In this document: piece by piece, positions 12,965 through 25,800 of the stretch
Position numbering within the stretch: position 1 is the stretch's first letter
Layout of the letters: every line of letters begins with the position of its first letter
From: Phoronis australis
Lineage: Eukaryota; Animalia; Phoronida
Assembly (NCBI GenBank): GCA_002633005.1
Contig: NMRA01000716.1
Span: 120,667 to 184,666 of the forward strand
Reading direction: 5' to 3'
DNA length: 64,000 nucleotides
The notes under the pieces: model-generated
The model's input: the letters and a program-made list of their open reading frames with translations, nothing else
What the model was told of the DNA's origin: nothing
Databases searched by the model: none
Made by a program: the position numbers and the translations under genes

Positions 12965-13974
12965 CAGTGGCGGATCTAGGATATCACAAGGGGGGGGCCA
13001 ACATTTTGTCCGGCTGGAAACATTTGCGCAAACTGAACCACGATTGTAGATGCGCATAGCACCGAATGGGGGCAAACCCCCCTCCCGCCCAGGAAATTTT
13101 TCTGTTTTTACCTCTAAAAATCAAGCATTTGCCTTGATTCCTGAAGTATTATCCAAGAAAAAAGGCGAAAAAAAAAACACGGAGAACGTGTCAAACAGGA
13201 ATAAAATGCAAGTGTCAAAGACTCGAACTCACGACCTAGAGGGTTGAGCGCGCGTACGTTACCACTACACCACCGCGATTTAACTACGACTCCTATACTA
13301 AAAGACTTACTTGTTTATGGGCCACAGCGTTTGCGCGCGTAACCTACTTCTTTTTGTAATGCTTATTATACGTTTTATATTTTGTGCCATCAATTCTTAA
13401 CAAATTTGTCGTATTTGAAATAGTCTTCAAATGCCCAAAAGACCAAATCCATTTTTGTGTTGGCAATAATGACGGGATTGCTTTGGAAATCGTCTTAAGT
13501 TGAGGTTTGACAGAGAGAGAATTAATGAGTTTCTGAATGATTCACTAAGGCTTCGATTAAAATTCACATCTTACCAACAGCTTCTGTTTTTTCATCGTCA
13601 CTCAGGTTCCATTTTCTTTAAAAATAAAGTAAATTTTCTCCATTGCACAGTGGAGCAGACGACGGCAACGGGGTCGTAGTGCGCAGCGCCACTGCCGGTC
13701 GCCTGGGATATCGCGGGAGAGCTTATACTTAGCCATAGTTCAGTTACGAATGCGCCGTGTTCCGAATTTGACACTTGAAATTGGATCTGAGCCCCCCCCC
13801 CCTCCCCAAACACTGAAACTGCGCACATTTAAATATTTTTTCATCCACATAATTTAATTACCGGGGCAAATTAATAAACTCAACGTTTCCCTACGCTCTT
13901 GCTGTTTTATTTTTTTTTGCGCCAGCCAAGAGAGCGGGGGGCGGGCGCTCTGCCCCCCCCTAAATCCGCCTATG
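12965..13974 (+). mobile_element. Non-autonomous DNA transposon, copy 1
   Basis: Ends CAGTGGCGGATCTAGG ... CCTAAATCCGCCTATG. Highly similar to 32943-33794 along most of its length. No TSD seen. Confidence 0.85.
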
Positions 13975-14984
13975 GTGACACAGGACTAACCAGCCCGTAA
14001 TTTCATGCAAGTGTCTGAAACTATCTTTGAATATATGCGGCATTTATGATTTGAGCATTTTACTTCGACAAAACAGCTCGCAACCGCATGCAGTTACCGT
14101 TCGCCAGTGTCTGGTCTCGATCGGCACCGGGTCCCGATACACTGCGGTCCCGAGTCTAGCAAAATAATTTCTGACAAAATTTATTCGCCACATTTCTTCA
14201 GCAAATTCGATAAAGTTGTCCGTATTTTGATTTTATTAAAATTAAGGCGCGCTGTCGATCATTTTATCCCCGTTTGCAAGCTGGTAACAGGCACTCGTCC
14301 ATCCACACTGACAGCGTTTTCTTAGCGGCTAGCCTGGTTTCCCGAATGAATTGTACTTCCAGGTTCGCGGCAAGTTCAAAATGGCGGTGGTTCTTCGGCT
14401 GCGAATCGTGAGTGGCGCGTTCATTTAATCTTTTTTCGAGTACGTATTGTGTATTAGTTATGGGGTAGGTACTTCTTGGATCCTTATAACATCCTCTAAC
14501 CATGTAATAAGGGTTAACAACGCGTGCGACCACGTCTTTAAGAGGACTTTCGTACTCCTCAGATAACTTACATTTACATCCGGGATGTACTTGAGCTAAC
14601 ACAAGCTGATGACTCATAAATCATGTCCGTGGCCTGCGTGTTGACGTTTTTCTGGTTCATATGGACTTTGACCTTTCGGTTTAACAAAACTTGATAAGAG
14701 TGTTTCAGCACTATAACTTGGCTATCACATCGAAGATTGTCGTGGTGAAACATAAGCTATCTTTTGACTTATGATTGCCTCAGGCAGCATTGTGCGACAA
14801 GTTTTTAGAGCTCATGTGCATCTGAAATGAATAGGTCTACGCTAAGCCTCGCTGTCAGTGGAAACCTTTAAAAGCGTTCCAGGTAAGACCGCCTTCGGAA
14901 GTCATATTGGTTGACGCGCGCTCTAAATTTATTTCGAAGTCGTACATTAGATGAAGCGTTCTTGAGAGAGGTCACCATTTCTTC

Positions 14985-15515
14985 GCCTTTTTCACACACA
15001 GAACCAACTTGAAGGGAAATCAAAACACTTCTTCATGACGACATATTTAACCAAGCTTGTCTAAAATTCTTTTACAAATTCAAGCATAACAATTTTTCCA
15101 ATTCCATCAGTCACCAAGAAAGTTTCCTAGAATATGCAGTCATTAACCTGTCGAAAACTGCCCACCTACATCAGAAAAAGCCGTGAAAATTCATTGATCT
15201 TCATAATACCGAATCTAAAAAACAACTGTATACTTCCGAGATATGTATTAAGAGACAAAATCGACACGCACAGTTTACATGGGCTCTCCTTGTACTAAAA
15301 ATCACATATTAAGCACTTACAGCTCTCAGTGTAAGGTTTTACATGTACATTGTTGTGAATTTTCTAATTGAAGTAGGACTAACCGTGATCACCTGCCTGA
15401 CATCTACATCTTAGTCATATGCTTTTCCAACCGTGCGGTTTCCCTTGTTTCCCTTGCACCCTAGTCTCCGTGTTTTATTCTTAGCAGAATATAATAATTA
15501 CATTTTAAATAAACT
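14985..15515 (+). mobile_element. 3' end of an L2/Crack-clade LINE (degenerate)
   Basis: Broken translation HTEP..EIKTL..DDIFNQACLKFF.KFKHNN ... SLHG....TKNHILSTYSSQC..LH...C, followed by a T-rich tail and AATAAA at 15508. This resembles L2/Crack ORF2 C-termini. Confidence 0.55.
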
Positions 15516-15592
15516 TGCATTGTATCTTATTCCATTGCGCTTATTTCTATTGTTATTTATATTGTTCTTCTATTTAACTTAATGATGTATTA

Positions 15593-15596
<4 letters not shown>

Positions 15597-15660
<64 letters not shown>

Positions 15661-15723
15661 NNNNNNNNNNNNNNNNNNNNNNCTCCCTCCCTCCCTCCCT
15701 CTCTCCCTCCCTCTCTCTCTCTC
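15597..15723. repeat. (CT)n microsatellite with N gap
   Basis: Directly visible. Confidence 0.95.
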
Positions 15724-18094
15724 GTAGGGCATTGCGCATGAGGAACCTATCAAGTGACATAATAGCAAGTTCTCGACTATTTGCTCACTAATCGTGCACG
15801 TATTTGCACTGGTTGCTTTACATAACCAATTACTGTATGTCAAGAATAAGTCTTTCCTTGTTATAAGTCACCTTCCATATAGGCTCTATATGATATAGCT
15901 ATAACTCGAAACCGTGAGCTTTTGCAGATCTGTCAAAGATACTTTATTCAATCATGCTTAATCAGGTCACAAAGTCAGAGGTTACTCAAAATAGCATCTG
16001 TGTGTTTACACTGGGTACTATGGAGAACCGCTTATCTCAACAGAATGATGCTTTACTCCACGACTAGCGTTGCCTCGGAAGTTGTTTGTGGCATTGGAAT
16101 ACTGTTTTGAAAACGATTGTTAAAAACGCAGAATCACACAAACCATGCTGCAATACAGCCTGTGGCTATGAGCCAAAAGTTAAAGTAGAAAAAATTGATC
16201 CAAACCGCGTATCTTACTCGACTGAATGGCTTAATAAAAGACTGCCATACAGAAAACTGCCAGCTGAGTTAAAAGAAAAAATACACTCCCCTGGGTTTAT
16301 CAACGGAAAATCCCGGTAATAAAGAGTTCTTCAAAACTGAAACCATCATTAGTGAAAGAAAAAATAAATGTTTTGCTCTACTTCAGCGTGACGTTTCACT
16401 TCCGTCCGAAGACTGCCCTCGTAGCTAAATTTCATTGGTGAAAGCCACTGTCAAATTTTCACCACAGCAATTGACAATTATTCAAATAAATGATCATATA
16501 ATTTAAACGCAGTTCCGAAAACAACTCCATCAAGAAAACACCAAACACGCTTTCTTTAAAATTTTGATTATCCTTCAGTGCTATCTTGCTGTTTCTGTCA
16601 CTCATCACTTTCACTTTCGTATAGTGCTTCCTGGAATTATTAGTCATCACTATTAGTCATGAAACTTGGTGTATCTCTTCCATAGTTTTAACAACTACAC
16701 TGTCACTTTTTGCCCGAGCATGTGTGGGCGCAGGTTGTCACTGACCGGGTGATAATAGCTTGTCGCGGGACTCTTGATAAATTACTTTTAGGGCGGCCAA
16801 CAGAAAATTACGTTTTCGCTTGTTGGAAGATCAAAACAAATGTCGTTGCAAATATACCAGTACAATTTTGTTTTGATTGCACTTTAGCAGTTTGTTACAA
16901 AAGCCTATTCACGTTTGTAATTAATCATATGCAATCCTACCAAAACATGTACTTTTAGGTTTGCCCATTGCTCACTTATTATGACATGAATGTGAAATTT
17001 TGTTGTTGCGCTTTCATCAAACGCCAGAAAAACAAAAACTGAACAAAAATCAACATTTTTCAAACTAAATAATCTGTCACATGAAACAAGAAACCATATT
17101 CAGACGCTTTATAACTTAGTCAATGACGCAAAACTACAACCGATTTACATCAAATCGAAACCTTACAATTTCCCTTTGTCGGGTAATGTCGTGCTATAAC
17201 TCGATCTCAACTGTAACAATGCTGCCGCCCAAACTACTTTTATTCATTGTTCTGGAGCTTTAGCCACCCCCTCCGCACTTTTTTCATGGTACCTCACGAG
17301 TTTTTTGCGACAGTTTTCGCGAGGTTGCGTTAGCAATAGGCCGTAGTCGATTCGACTCCAGAAACCTTAGAAAATCACTTCCGTGGCTACTTTTTGGGAG
17401 CAAGATAATTTTGGTGTTTGTAAGGTCATTAAGTACTATAATTAAAGAATTTAAAAAGTTCCCAAGGTTTGACTTGCACGTTTTCGAGAAATTTGACCTC
17501 AAAAATCTGACTTTTTGCAAAATTTGACACAGAAAACCAATCTTCAAAAACCAACAATACTAGACAAAAACTGAATGATAATTTGATTGGGTTTTATTCA
17601 TTTGAAGTTACCGGACAGGAAAAGTGATAAATATTATGACATTAGGTGAAAAATTGTTCAAAAAGAGAAAAAGAAAAAATTAGTAGCGCCTCCTGTTGGC
17701 CAGAAAACATACTACTAGATTCTGAACTCCTACCAAAAGAACAATACTGTTAACCATTTGGAACTTGATAAAGATTTGATATCACAACCTACATATATAC
17801 AACATACATGTACAATTCCAACGCTTCTGCAAGGAATTCACTGTCGTTACTTTTATTAATTGTCACAATTAGTTATCATTATCCACTTTGCAGTTCATTG
17901 TCAACTGTCACAGGAAATGATACCCCTACAGCCCCGACAGTCACCAGCATGATAAAATGTTGTCGATATTTTCCATTAGGTTAAAAATTCAAAGTTCTTT
18001 AACCACATAGCATACACTTATTTTTTTCGTCATCCACTCCATCATCCTTTATATCATCTTTATTGTCATCAAAAGTTGTTTTTTGACTGAGACA

Positions 18095-18490
18095 CCGTGT
18101 TCACACAGTCTATACAGTCACAAAACTTAGAACATGGCATGCCCGACTTCAAACAAGAGTACATTTTTACTACAACCACTTCTTTTACACTTTTCTGGGG
18201 CTAAAGGCAGAGCCATCCAGTGGAGCTTCAGACTACCCCGCTCCAAAAGCCACCCATTACCAACTGGAGATGGTGCACTGACATGCTGCTGCAAGGCTCG
18301 TTTGTGAATGGCACCCTGGCTGGTAGCTTGCTCTTTTGGCAAGTAACAGCAAAAAATCATGATTAGGATGCAGAGATGATTCCATCATAGATTTCAACTT
18401 GAATATGTGGTAGCGTGCTTTGATGAGTCGCATACAAACGGTTCAGTGTCTTCCATGAGTTGACCAGGAAACAAAAATTTTGAGCCCAAC
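18095..18490 (-). mobile_element. Academ-like DNA transposon protein C-terminal remnant
   Basis: QGAIHKRALQQHVSAPSPVGNGWLLERGSLKLHWMALPLAP..KCKRSGCSKN/..KSGMPCSKFCDCIDCVN, a PSPxGxGW..W motif followed by a Cys-rich finger, with frameshifts. Confidence 0.55.
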
Positions 18491-19409
18491 ATTAATGACA
18501 AAAATAAAGCAATTACGAGCCGGGTAATTATTTACATTATGACGACATTGACTTACACATGTGATTTCGGTATTGTTCAATTCCTTGCAACGTTATCGTT
18601 CTAAAAATACAACGATTTTTTCCTAACCTGCTCCCTTAGTATTTTATCGTGAAATTTCTGCTCGCACTATTTCCCGGTACTCGGTAGTAACACCGGGCCA
18701 TGTTGGAATGGAAGGAGTCACCTGGCGGTCAAAAACTGAACTAATCTACCGACTTCTGGATTGTCGCTTTTCATAGGTTCAAATTGACCGAGACCCGTCT
18801 ATCCCCTGCCTGAGTTACGGTCCCAAGGGTTCGAATTCGATCCTATGGTGACCCTGGTACACATCTGCTAGCAAGAATCCACGAAAAAGCAGAGGTTGTT
18901 TTTGAGGTCCAACTTGGTGAAAAGGGTTTCACTTCAAACAATGGTCAAATGGTCACAATTATAAAAAATTTGGAAAAGGTGAAATGCCGCTACATGTTTC
19001 TCCATATTATGTCGGGAAAACTTTAGCGGGAATTTCGCGCGGGCAAACACCATTCAGAATCGAGGATGCTGTTTCATTCATTAACAACAGGTGTCGCTGT
19101 AATCTTGAGTTGAGCTAACATGGCGGTGTCAATCGGGAAATAGTGCGAACCGAAATTCGACGATAAAATACGGAGGTAACGCGGTAGGGGATACATTCAT
19201 ATATTTTTGGAAAGATAACGATGAAAGGAATCGAACGATACCAAAATCATATGTGTACGTCAATGTCGTCATATTGTAAATAATTACCCGAAGCTTGTCG
19301 TATGGCCTGCGGACGCTGAGAAATGTTAGTCCTTACCATAGATATCTGCATTTTGCCCTGTGTGGCCGAACACCCGACCAAACAACAACCGACCATGATT
19401 AGCAGACGA

Positions 19410-19650
19410 CGTAATTGCCGGAAATAAACCGTGCTAAATCTTCCAGGTGTCGCTAGTGACGTCACAGCTTCTGCGAAAAATCACGGATTTCTTTGAAAAT
19501 ATGCGGAGTTAGCGGTCAATGTACAATGATCTATGATTTGGCGCTCCTCGAAGATGACTTGGATTTACTGGTCGTGCACGTATTGCATATAATCCATGAA
19601 AACATCCAACCCAAACATTCGAATAGATTTTCTGTCTCTGAGAGACGAGT
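19410..19650 (+). promoter_or_regulatory. Candidate promoter and non-coding first exon of the chimeric TPR-BIR-NTase gene
   Basis: Perfect CRE TGACGTCA at 19457-19464, ETS-like CCGGAAAT at 19418, a CpG-richer patch, a strong donor |gtaagt at 19649 and an acceptor tttcag| at 19809 upstream of the ATG at 19853. Confidence 0.35.
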
Positions 19651-19852
19651 AAGTCGAGGTTTTATTAATCTCTGTTTTGAGTACACTTTCATCCATTGGT
19701 GTTTATCACACAGATTTATTCATGACCAGTATAACATTATCGAAAGTCATGACAGTAAGCTGTACTAGGTAAACTGTTTAAAGAAAGTCTTGTTTGATTT
19801 TGATTTCAGTTAAGTGTGGTCCAATCAGTTGCTGTTGAGGCAAAATTTCAAA

Positions 19853-22800
19853 ATGAGTGATCCGACTAAAGAGGGTGCTGCTGAAGAATCATACCTACAA
19901 CGTCGAAGACGTATGGGCCCTGCAGCAAGCGAACAGGAACCTCTCTTGGTGGGTGAAACGTGTGTGGCATTTGTAATCGTTTGGGTGCTTTGCGCACGTG
20001 TGTGTGAGTTAATTCACATCCGCTGCACTGTGCAAGTGATAATAATGTATGTCTGATATTTTTACGATCGGGAATATCTTAGTGATCATTCTCGCAGAGG
20101 ATCTAGTTCTAAGAATTACTTGGGGAGGTATCCAGAAGCTTTATGTTGCATTTTTGTTAGCTTGTTCATTTGTTGTTTTTCTTGAATTTCAGTTGATGTC
20201 TAAGTCCACTATTACGTTACTCCTGTGATACATACAAATTGGACACAAATGATTGCGTGCAAATTGCGGTTTCTTTTTCATCAAGAATTCAGTTTAACGG
20301 TGTGATGTTTTGCACTGACCCTTTATGAAATGAAGTGTTATAATTATAAGAATGTACACTGTAGTTAGAGTATATATATGCATGTGTTACACAGTCTCCT
20401 TGAACACATTGCATTAGGCCTATAAGCAAACGATCCCACCCAATGTCAACCTGGCCTGGAACTGAAAATATCCTCTGGCACATTATATCACTTCTTAACC
20501 ATTAACTCACTCTTGCCAATGTCAACTTTGACCTATTGTCACCTTTGACCCATTATTTCTATGTATTTTGACCTATCATGTCACTTTGCTTCCTCTTCAC
20601 AGAATGACATGGTGAATACGTGGGTTCTTGGCCTATTATGTCACTTTTCACCCACTATGTTAATCCTGACCCATTGTGATACTACTTTGGACGTATTAGG
20701 ACAGCATCGACATCATGGGTCGGGGGTCTTGACCCATTGTGTCAGTTTCACCCATCATGTCACTTTTTATTCATTGATGCTTTGTAGACTCACTGTTGGT
20801 CAGTATTTTGCATAATATGTCGAAGGTTTCGAATCTGGATCTGAGTTATTATCTGTCTGTGACCATATTATGCCAATTTTGATCCATTAATTCACTTTTG
20901 TTCCATTATGCTAATATTGGAATAATGGATGGGGCTGATTGAATATAACTCTGTCCAGACCCACGGCTGACCAGATTTGGTATACTCGATGTCCTTCCTC
21001 GGGGCAGACGCATGGGAGTGGTTGTTCTCGGGTGCCCAGGTATTACGTTCGCCATTGCGAGCACCCGCAAGCAGACAATGTGAATTCGTAGCCTAATTCT
21101 AGATTACTCTGCAGGAAAAATAGAAATTAAACTCACCAACGTTTCGAAGATTATGCATGCTAAGTGTCGTGACATGTGAAAGCCCCGAAAACTTCTGCCG
21201 TTTTGTGCTAATGAATCAATAATGTTCTATTGAGTCAAAAGTCACAAAATGGGTCAAAGTTGATGTAAGAGGTCGAGGGTGCCGACCTGTTAGGTCAAAA
21301 TTGACGTCATGGCTCGAAATCGCCGTTACAGATAAAAAGTGACATCCACACTTCCGACCCGTGATCACGGATCACAAAATGTATTAATCCAATAGTGGAA
21401 TAAATGTGGAGAATTAGCCTAATAGGTCAATAGCCACGACCCATTACTTGAATTTTTACATGAGTTGTCAAAGATGTCATGATATGTCAAGAATTACCGA
21501 ACCATAATACCAGTTTGTCAAAATTGGACAAAAGTGACAACTTCCATTAAGCCTTTTTCAGAAAATTATGTCAATTTGTGAAGTGATTGCTTTTCTGTTA
21601 GCAGCTGTTTCATGGTAAATAACTTAAATATGATTCCTCGAAACTTTCTGCCAATGGCTATTGAGTGTTTGTAAATAACGAGTAATTTTATAAAGCTGCA
21701 TTTCTCACATCAACCCCGTGCTCAACTTGCGTTTCTAACTCAGTCAAGGGACGTGGTTGTCTATTTTAACCAGCATGTACAAGTACCAAATGCCGTTTCA
21801 GGGACATTGCAGCTAATTTTGGTAACATCAAAAATGACTGCTAATAACCATTAAGATGGCGATCTCCTCATTGCAAATTGCTTAGCCACTATACTAAATT
21901 TCTTGTTTATTCCCCTTCGTTCTCGGTCATGAGGGAGGACAACCCTAATGGTGAACTCAGCCTCCGCTCAGCCGTCATGAAAGGGAATCCCAGGTCATTT
22001 GTCCGAAAACATTTGACTTTTGCTCATGTATTCGTCTTATTTTCAGTTTCCTGGAATGTTTCGTGGGAGTGGAGCACGTAAAGCTATTGGCAATGACGTA
22101 TCAAGTAAGTAATTGAATGAAGTTATACAAAACGAAGTTCATAGGTTTCGACCAGTGGAAAGAGATCATGTCTCCGAATATCTCAAAACCACGCATAGTG
22201 CACGTGAATGAAAGTGGCACATACACAAAACACGTACAAGAAATAGAACACAAGCTTTGCTTTAGGGCTAGTAATCGGCAATCTCAAGACAGCATTCACA
22301 TAACTGAATAGATTGTAAATGTTTGATTTTTGTTACACTGTAGTCTCATAAAGAAATCTCTTTGTCCAAACTACGTACAAATTTGCAGTTATTCCATATG
22401 ACCTAATGGTTGAGAGGTGCTCTTTTGTTTGTCTTCTTACTTTGTTCGTTGCACTGCCGGATTAAGCAATTATGAGGCCTGTAATTAAGTCGCAGCGTAA
22501 GGCCCCCACCAGAAATATTTTTACAACAATTTTCTAATACCAAAAGCAAAATAGGTATAATTTTCACTTCTGAGAAGGAAAGCAATGGAGACGGCTTCTA
22601 CACGATGAGGCAGACAGTGTGTCCACTGGCCAACGCTAGCCGTTGCGATCGAATTGGACGATTTCAGGATAATTCACACCCCGATAATCAGAGGCTCCGG
22701 TGTGCAAGTTATGATATCAATAAATAAGTAGAGACTCCCTTTTCAAATGCATACATTTTAAGTTTTGCAAATTTTCCGCTCTGTATTTTAACAAAACCCA

Positions 22801-25800
22801 AATTCAAGAATGGTTAGAATATCAAGCAGTGCCTGAAAAAGCACCATTTCAGCGAGAAACTGGTTGCAAAAAAGTCCCTTCTGAACGGCATGTCCGTCTT
22901 ACACTTCCTATGGTAGTATCCCCCAAGATAGAGACATATTTGTGTACAGCCGACACGGTAAAGCGAATTCTGCATGTCTCCTGAGTGCTCGGTACTTAAG
23001 TCAAGGTTTTAGATAGAGTGCCAGCACAATAGACGACTCCAGCGTGGTCGACGTCCATTGCTACACATATATGTAAATTACTAGTTGAAGATACTCTTTC
23101 CTTTACTCACATCAATTTAGAACACAGATGAGTTTCGTCAGTCGAAAGTTTGAAAATATTTGGAGTTCGTGTTGAACAAGCGTTATTTTTGTTAATTTTC
23201 AGCTGAACTAACTTGTTTCTTACTCCGTTTTATAGATTTTTTGTCTTTAAGTGGAAAGAGCATCTTTAAATTTATTCATGGACACCATCGGCTTTTCGGT
23301 CTATCAATGCAATTTTAGGAATATTTTGGACGGTTTGACTTGTTGAACTTATTAGCTTGGAACAGAGCTATAAAGCAACAAAAGCCGCCGTCGTTTTTTG
23401 TGACTTTATTAAAAATCGCCAATTCTCGCCGTTTTCTGCCAGATATTTGCTGAAATCAGTGATTGCGATTACAATGTTCGGCCATCTGTTATGTGTGACT
23501 CAGATTCACAAGTAGAGCCCTGAGCTGCGACCATGGGGGTTCTGGGTAATCAGTCTCATTTCAGAAATCACTTTTCTCGCCGATAATGTTCTTTGAAGTC
23601 AATAAATAATACTGATTAACTTCATAACTTTTGTAAATACGTTTTCTTAGCCTTTCAACTTCATAAGAACTTGCTGCTAGCCTAAATATTTGAAAATGTT
23701 TTGCGCATGTCCATAGCCTTATTGAATTAGAAATGATTTCATTTGATTTCCAATCGAAACATATTTACATGTAACAATAAAGACCAGTTCCTCATTTTTG
23801 ATTGAAAGACATTATAGTTAAAATTACATCCATTATTTGATATCCAACAGAACAAGACTTTATTTCTAACCTGATGGGTATTCAAGCAAAGCATCGCTGA
23901 ATCATGATTTCAGGAAACACGGAACGTGGAGAAACTTGTACGGTCGCTGCAACCACTTCTGAACCTCTTAACGCAACACGAGAGGAGCATTTAGAAAGAG
24001 TTACTGATGGCGGTGAAACTGAAAAATCTGGCGATGAAGACGTTCTTTACGTTAGGGTCCCACGTGAGCAGCAAAGACCACCTAGCCAAGAGAGCGATAG
24101 CCTCGTGTCAGTTGGCAGATCGACGAGTGAATATATGGATAAATCAGGTAGTTCAACATTTTGGAGTGGGGAAAAGAAATACTGCCATTACAATATACTG
24201 TCGAGCTACCGGGGATTTGGAGTAGGCCTATACCTTCATTGGCATAATCCATTATATACTGGAGCACAGAATGATGAATAAATTATTAAAGTATTAATAA
24301 AGGTAGAATGGAAAATTTCAATAGATTGTTGAGTTCAATAATGTGTAAAAGATTAGACCCGGGCCCTGAAGTTACCTCTACTGGGAGTTGAGTCCTATTT
24401 TAGCAAATTCAGAATTGACGTTAATATATAGACTTCCACCGTAGAAGCTAAATAGTGAATGGTTACCTATGAATTGTTCCCTAAATAACGACAATGTGCA
24501 GATGAGCTCTTGCGGCAGGCCTTTGGGGCTTGAAGAGCGTGCACAAAGCCGTGACTGTCCTGTTACCATTCGGAATGTGCACATAAATTTGAATTAAAGC
24601 AGATGGGGCGTGTACACAAACCTGAACTAGAACAGGTACAACATGCAGATACAATTGAACAAGAACAAGCAGAGCCTGCCCAAAAGCAAGGAAAGCGTGA
24701 GTAAGCTACTTAGCCTGAGAGGTAGACGGCGTTTCAGCTTCCCATTGAGTTAAAACGACACCTAAGTCGGATGTGGCTTCAAACTATACACAGTCAGTCT
24801 AGTCAACCCAACGTGACGAAACATGACAAAAAAGTTGTCGACACAGATAGCTTCCTGGCCGATTTGAGAAGCTTTCCACATGTTAGAATTGGAACAAATA
24901 TGGGTGGGCTGCGGACATCGAGTCCCTTGTCTACAAGCAGGGGCCTTTATAGGTTCAACTATGATCAACTAAAGGCGGCGCTTTTGTTGAGGTATGGACT
25001 GGCAGAAGACGGGTTCAGACGAAAGTTTAAAGAATCCATGTCAGAAAAGGGTGAGAAGGTGTTCCAGTTCGGGGCATGACAGAAGTGGTTCTTTGACCTA
25101 TGAGCCCAAATGGTGGAAGTTGACGTGACGTACATGATGAACTGCTTTGCTGATCCGTGAGCAATATCTGAACGCGTACCATCCGTGTTCTGGAAGATCG
25201 GAATCCTAACACTTTTGTCCACATGTCAGCGCTTTCACGGGTGCTCACTGTAATCTACTAGTACAACGGGCAAGGAGTTTTGGTTCAGGTAATCTAGACA
25301 CTTGAATTGTCTAATATAATGGAGCGAGTGACAAAGGCTCCGAAACCATGTGTGACTAGAACTGGGGGTTAAATAGAGTTTTAACTGCGACAACAACGGT
25401 CATGAAGCCAAGTACTGTGAAGTAAAAGAAAACCAGTCTTAAACTTCTCTCGAGAAGTACAGTTGCTTACCTCGCAACAATAATGGGTTAAGAAGTGAGA
25501 CGCCTACAAGGTAGGACTGTGTGAGGGTACGGTACCGACGAGCAGTTGAGTAGAGCAACGTTTCGTTGATGGTCATTTCAGGTAGATTGATGGGACATCA
25601 AAACCAGTAGAGACATGGGCCTGTGATAGGCACAGTTCGCCACCACTGTCTAGAAATAGCTCACACATGTATCAAGTACTATGAGCCTATGTGTGAAAGC
25701 CTCATGCGGTGATACTAGCGTGAAAACGATTATTCTCAGAAGCTAAGGTCTATAGATTTTTTAATATACATTACCGGATCTGTTTTCTTCGTAGAGACAT

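Noticed and set aside
13220-13274. Functional tRNA gene
   Set aside because: No convincing acceptor or anticodon stems, and it lies inside a repeated transposon.
19028-19037. NF-kB-like site GGGAATTTCG upstream of the chimeric gene
   Set aside because: One mismatch to consensus and expected by chance; not usable as evidence of immune regulation.
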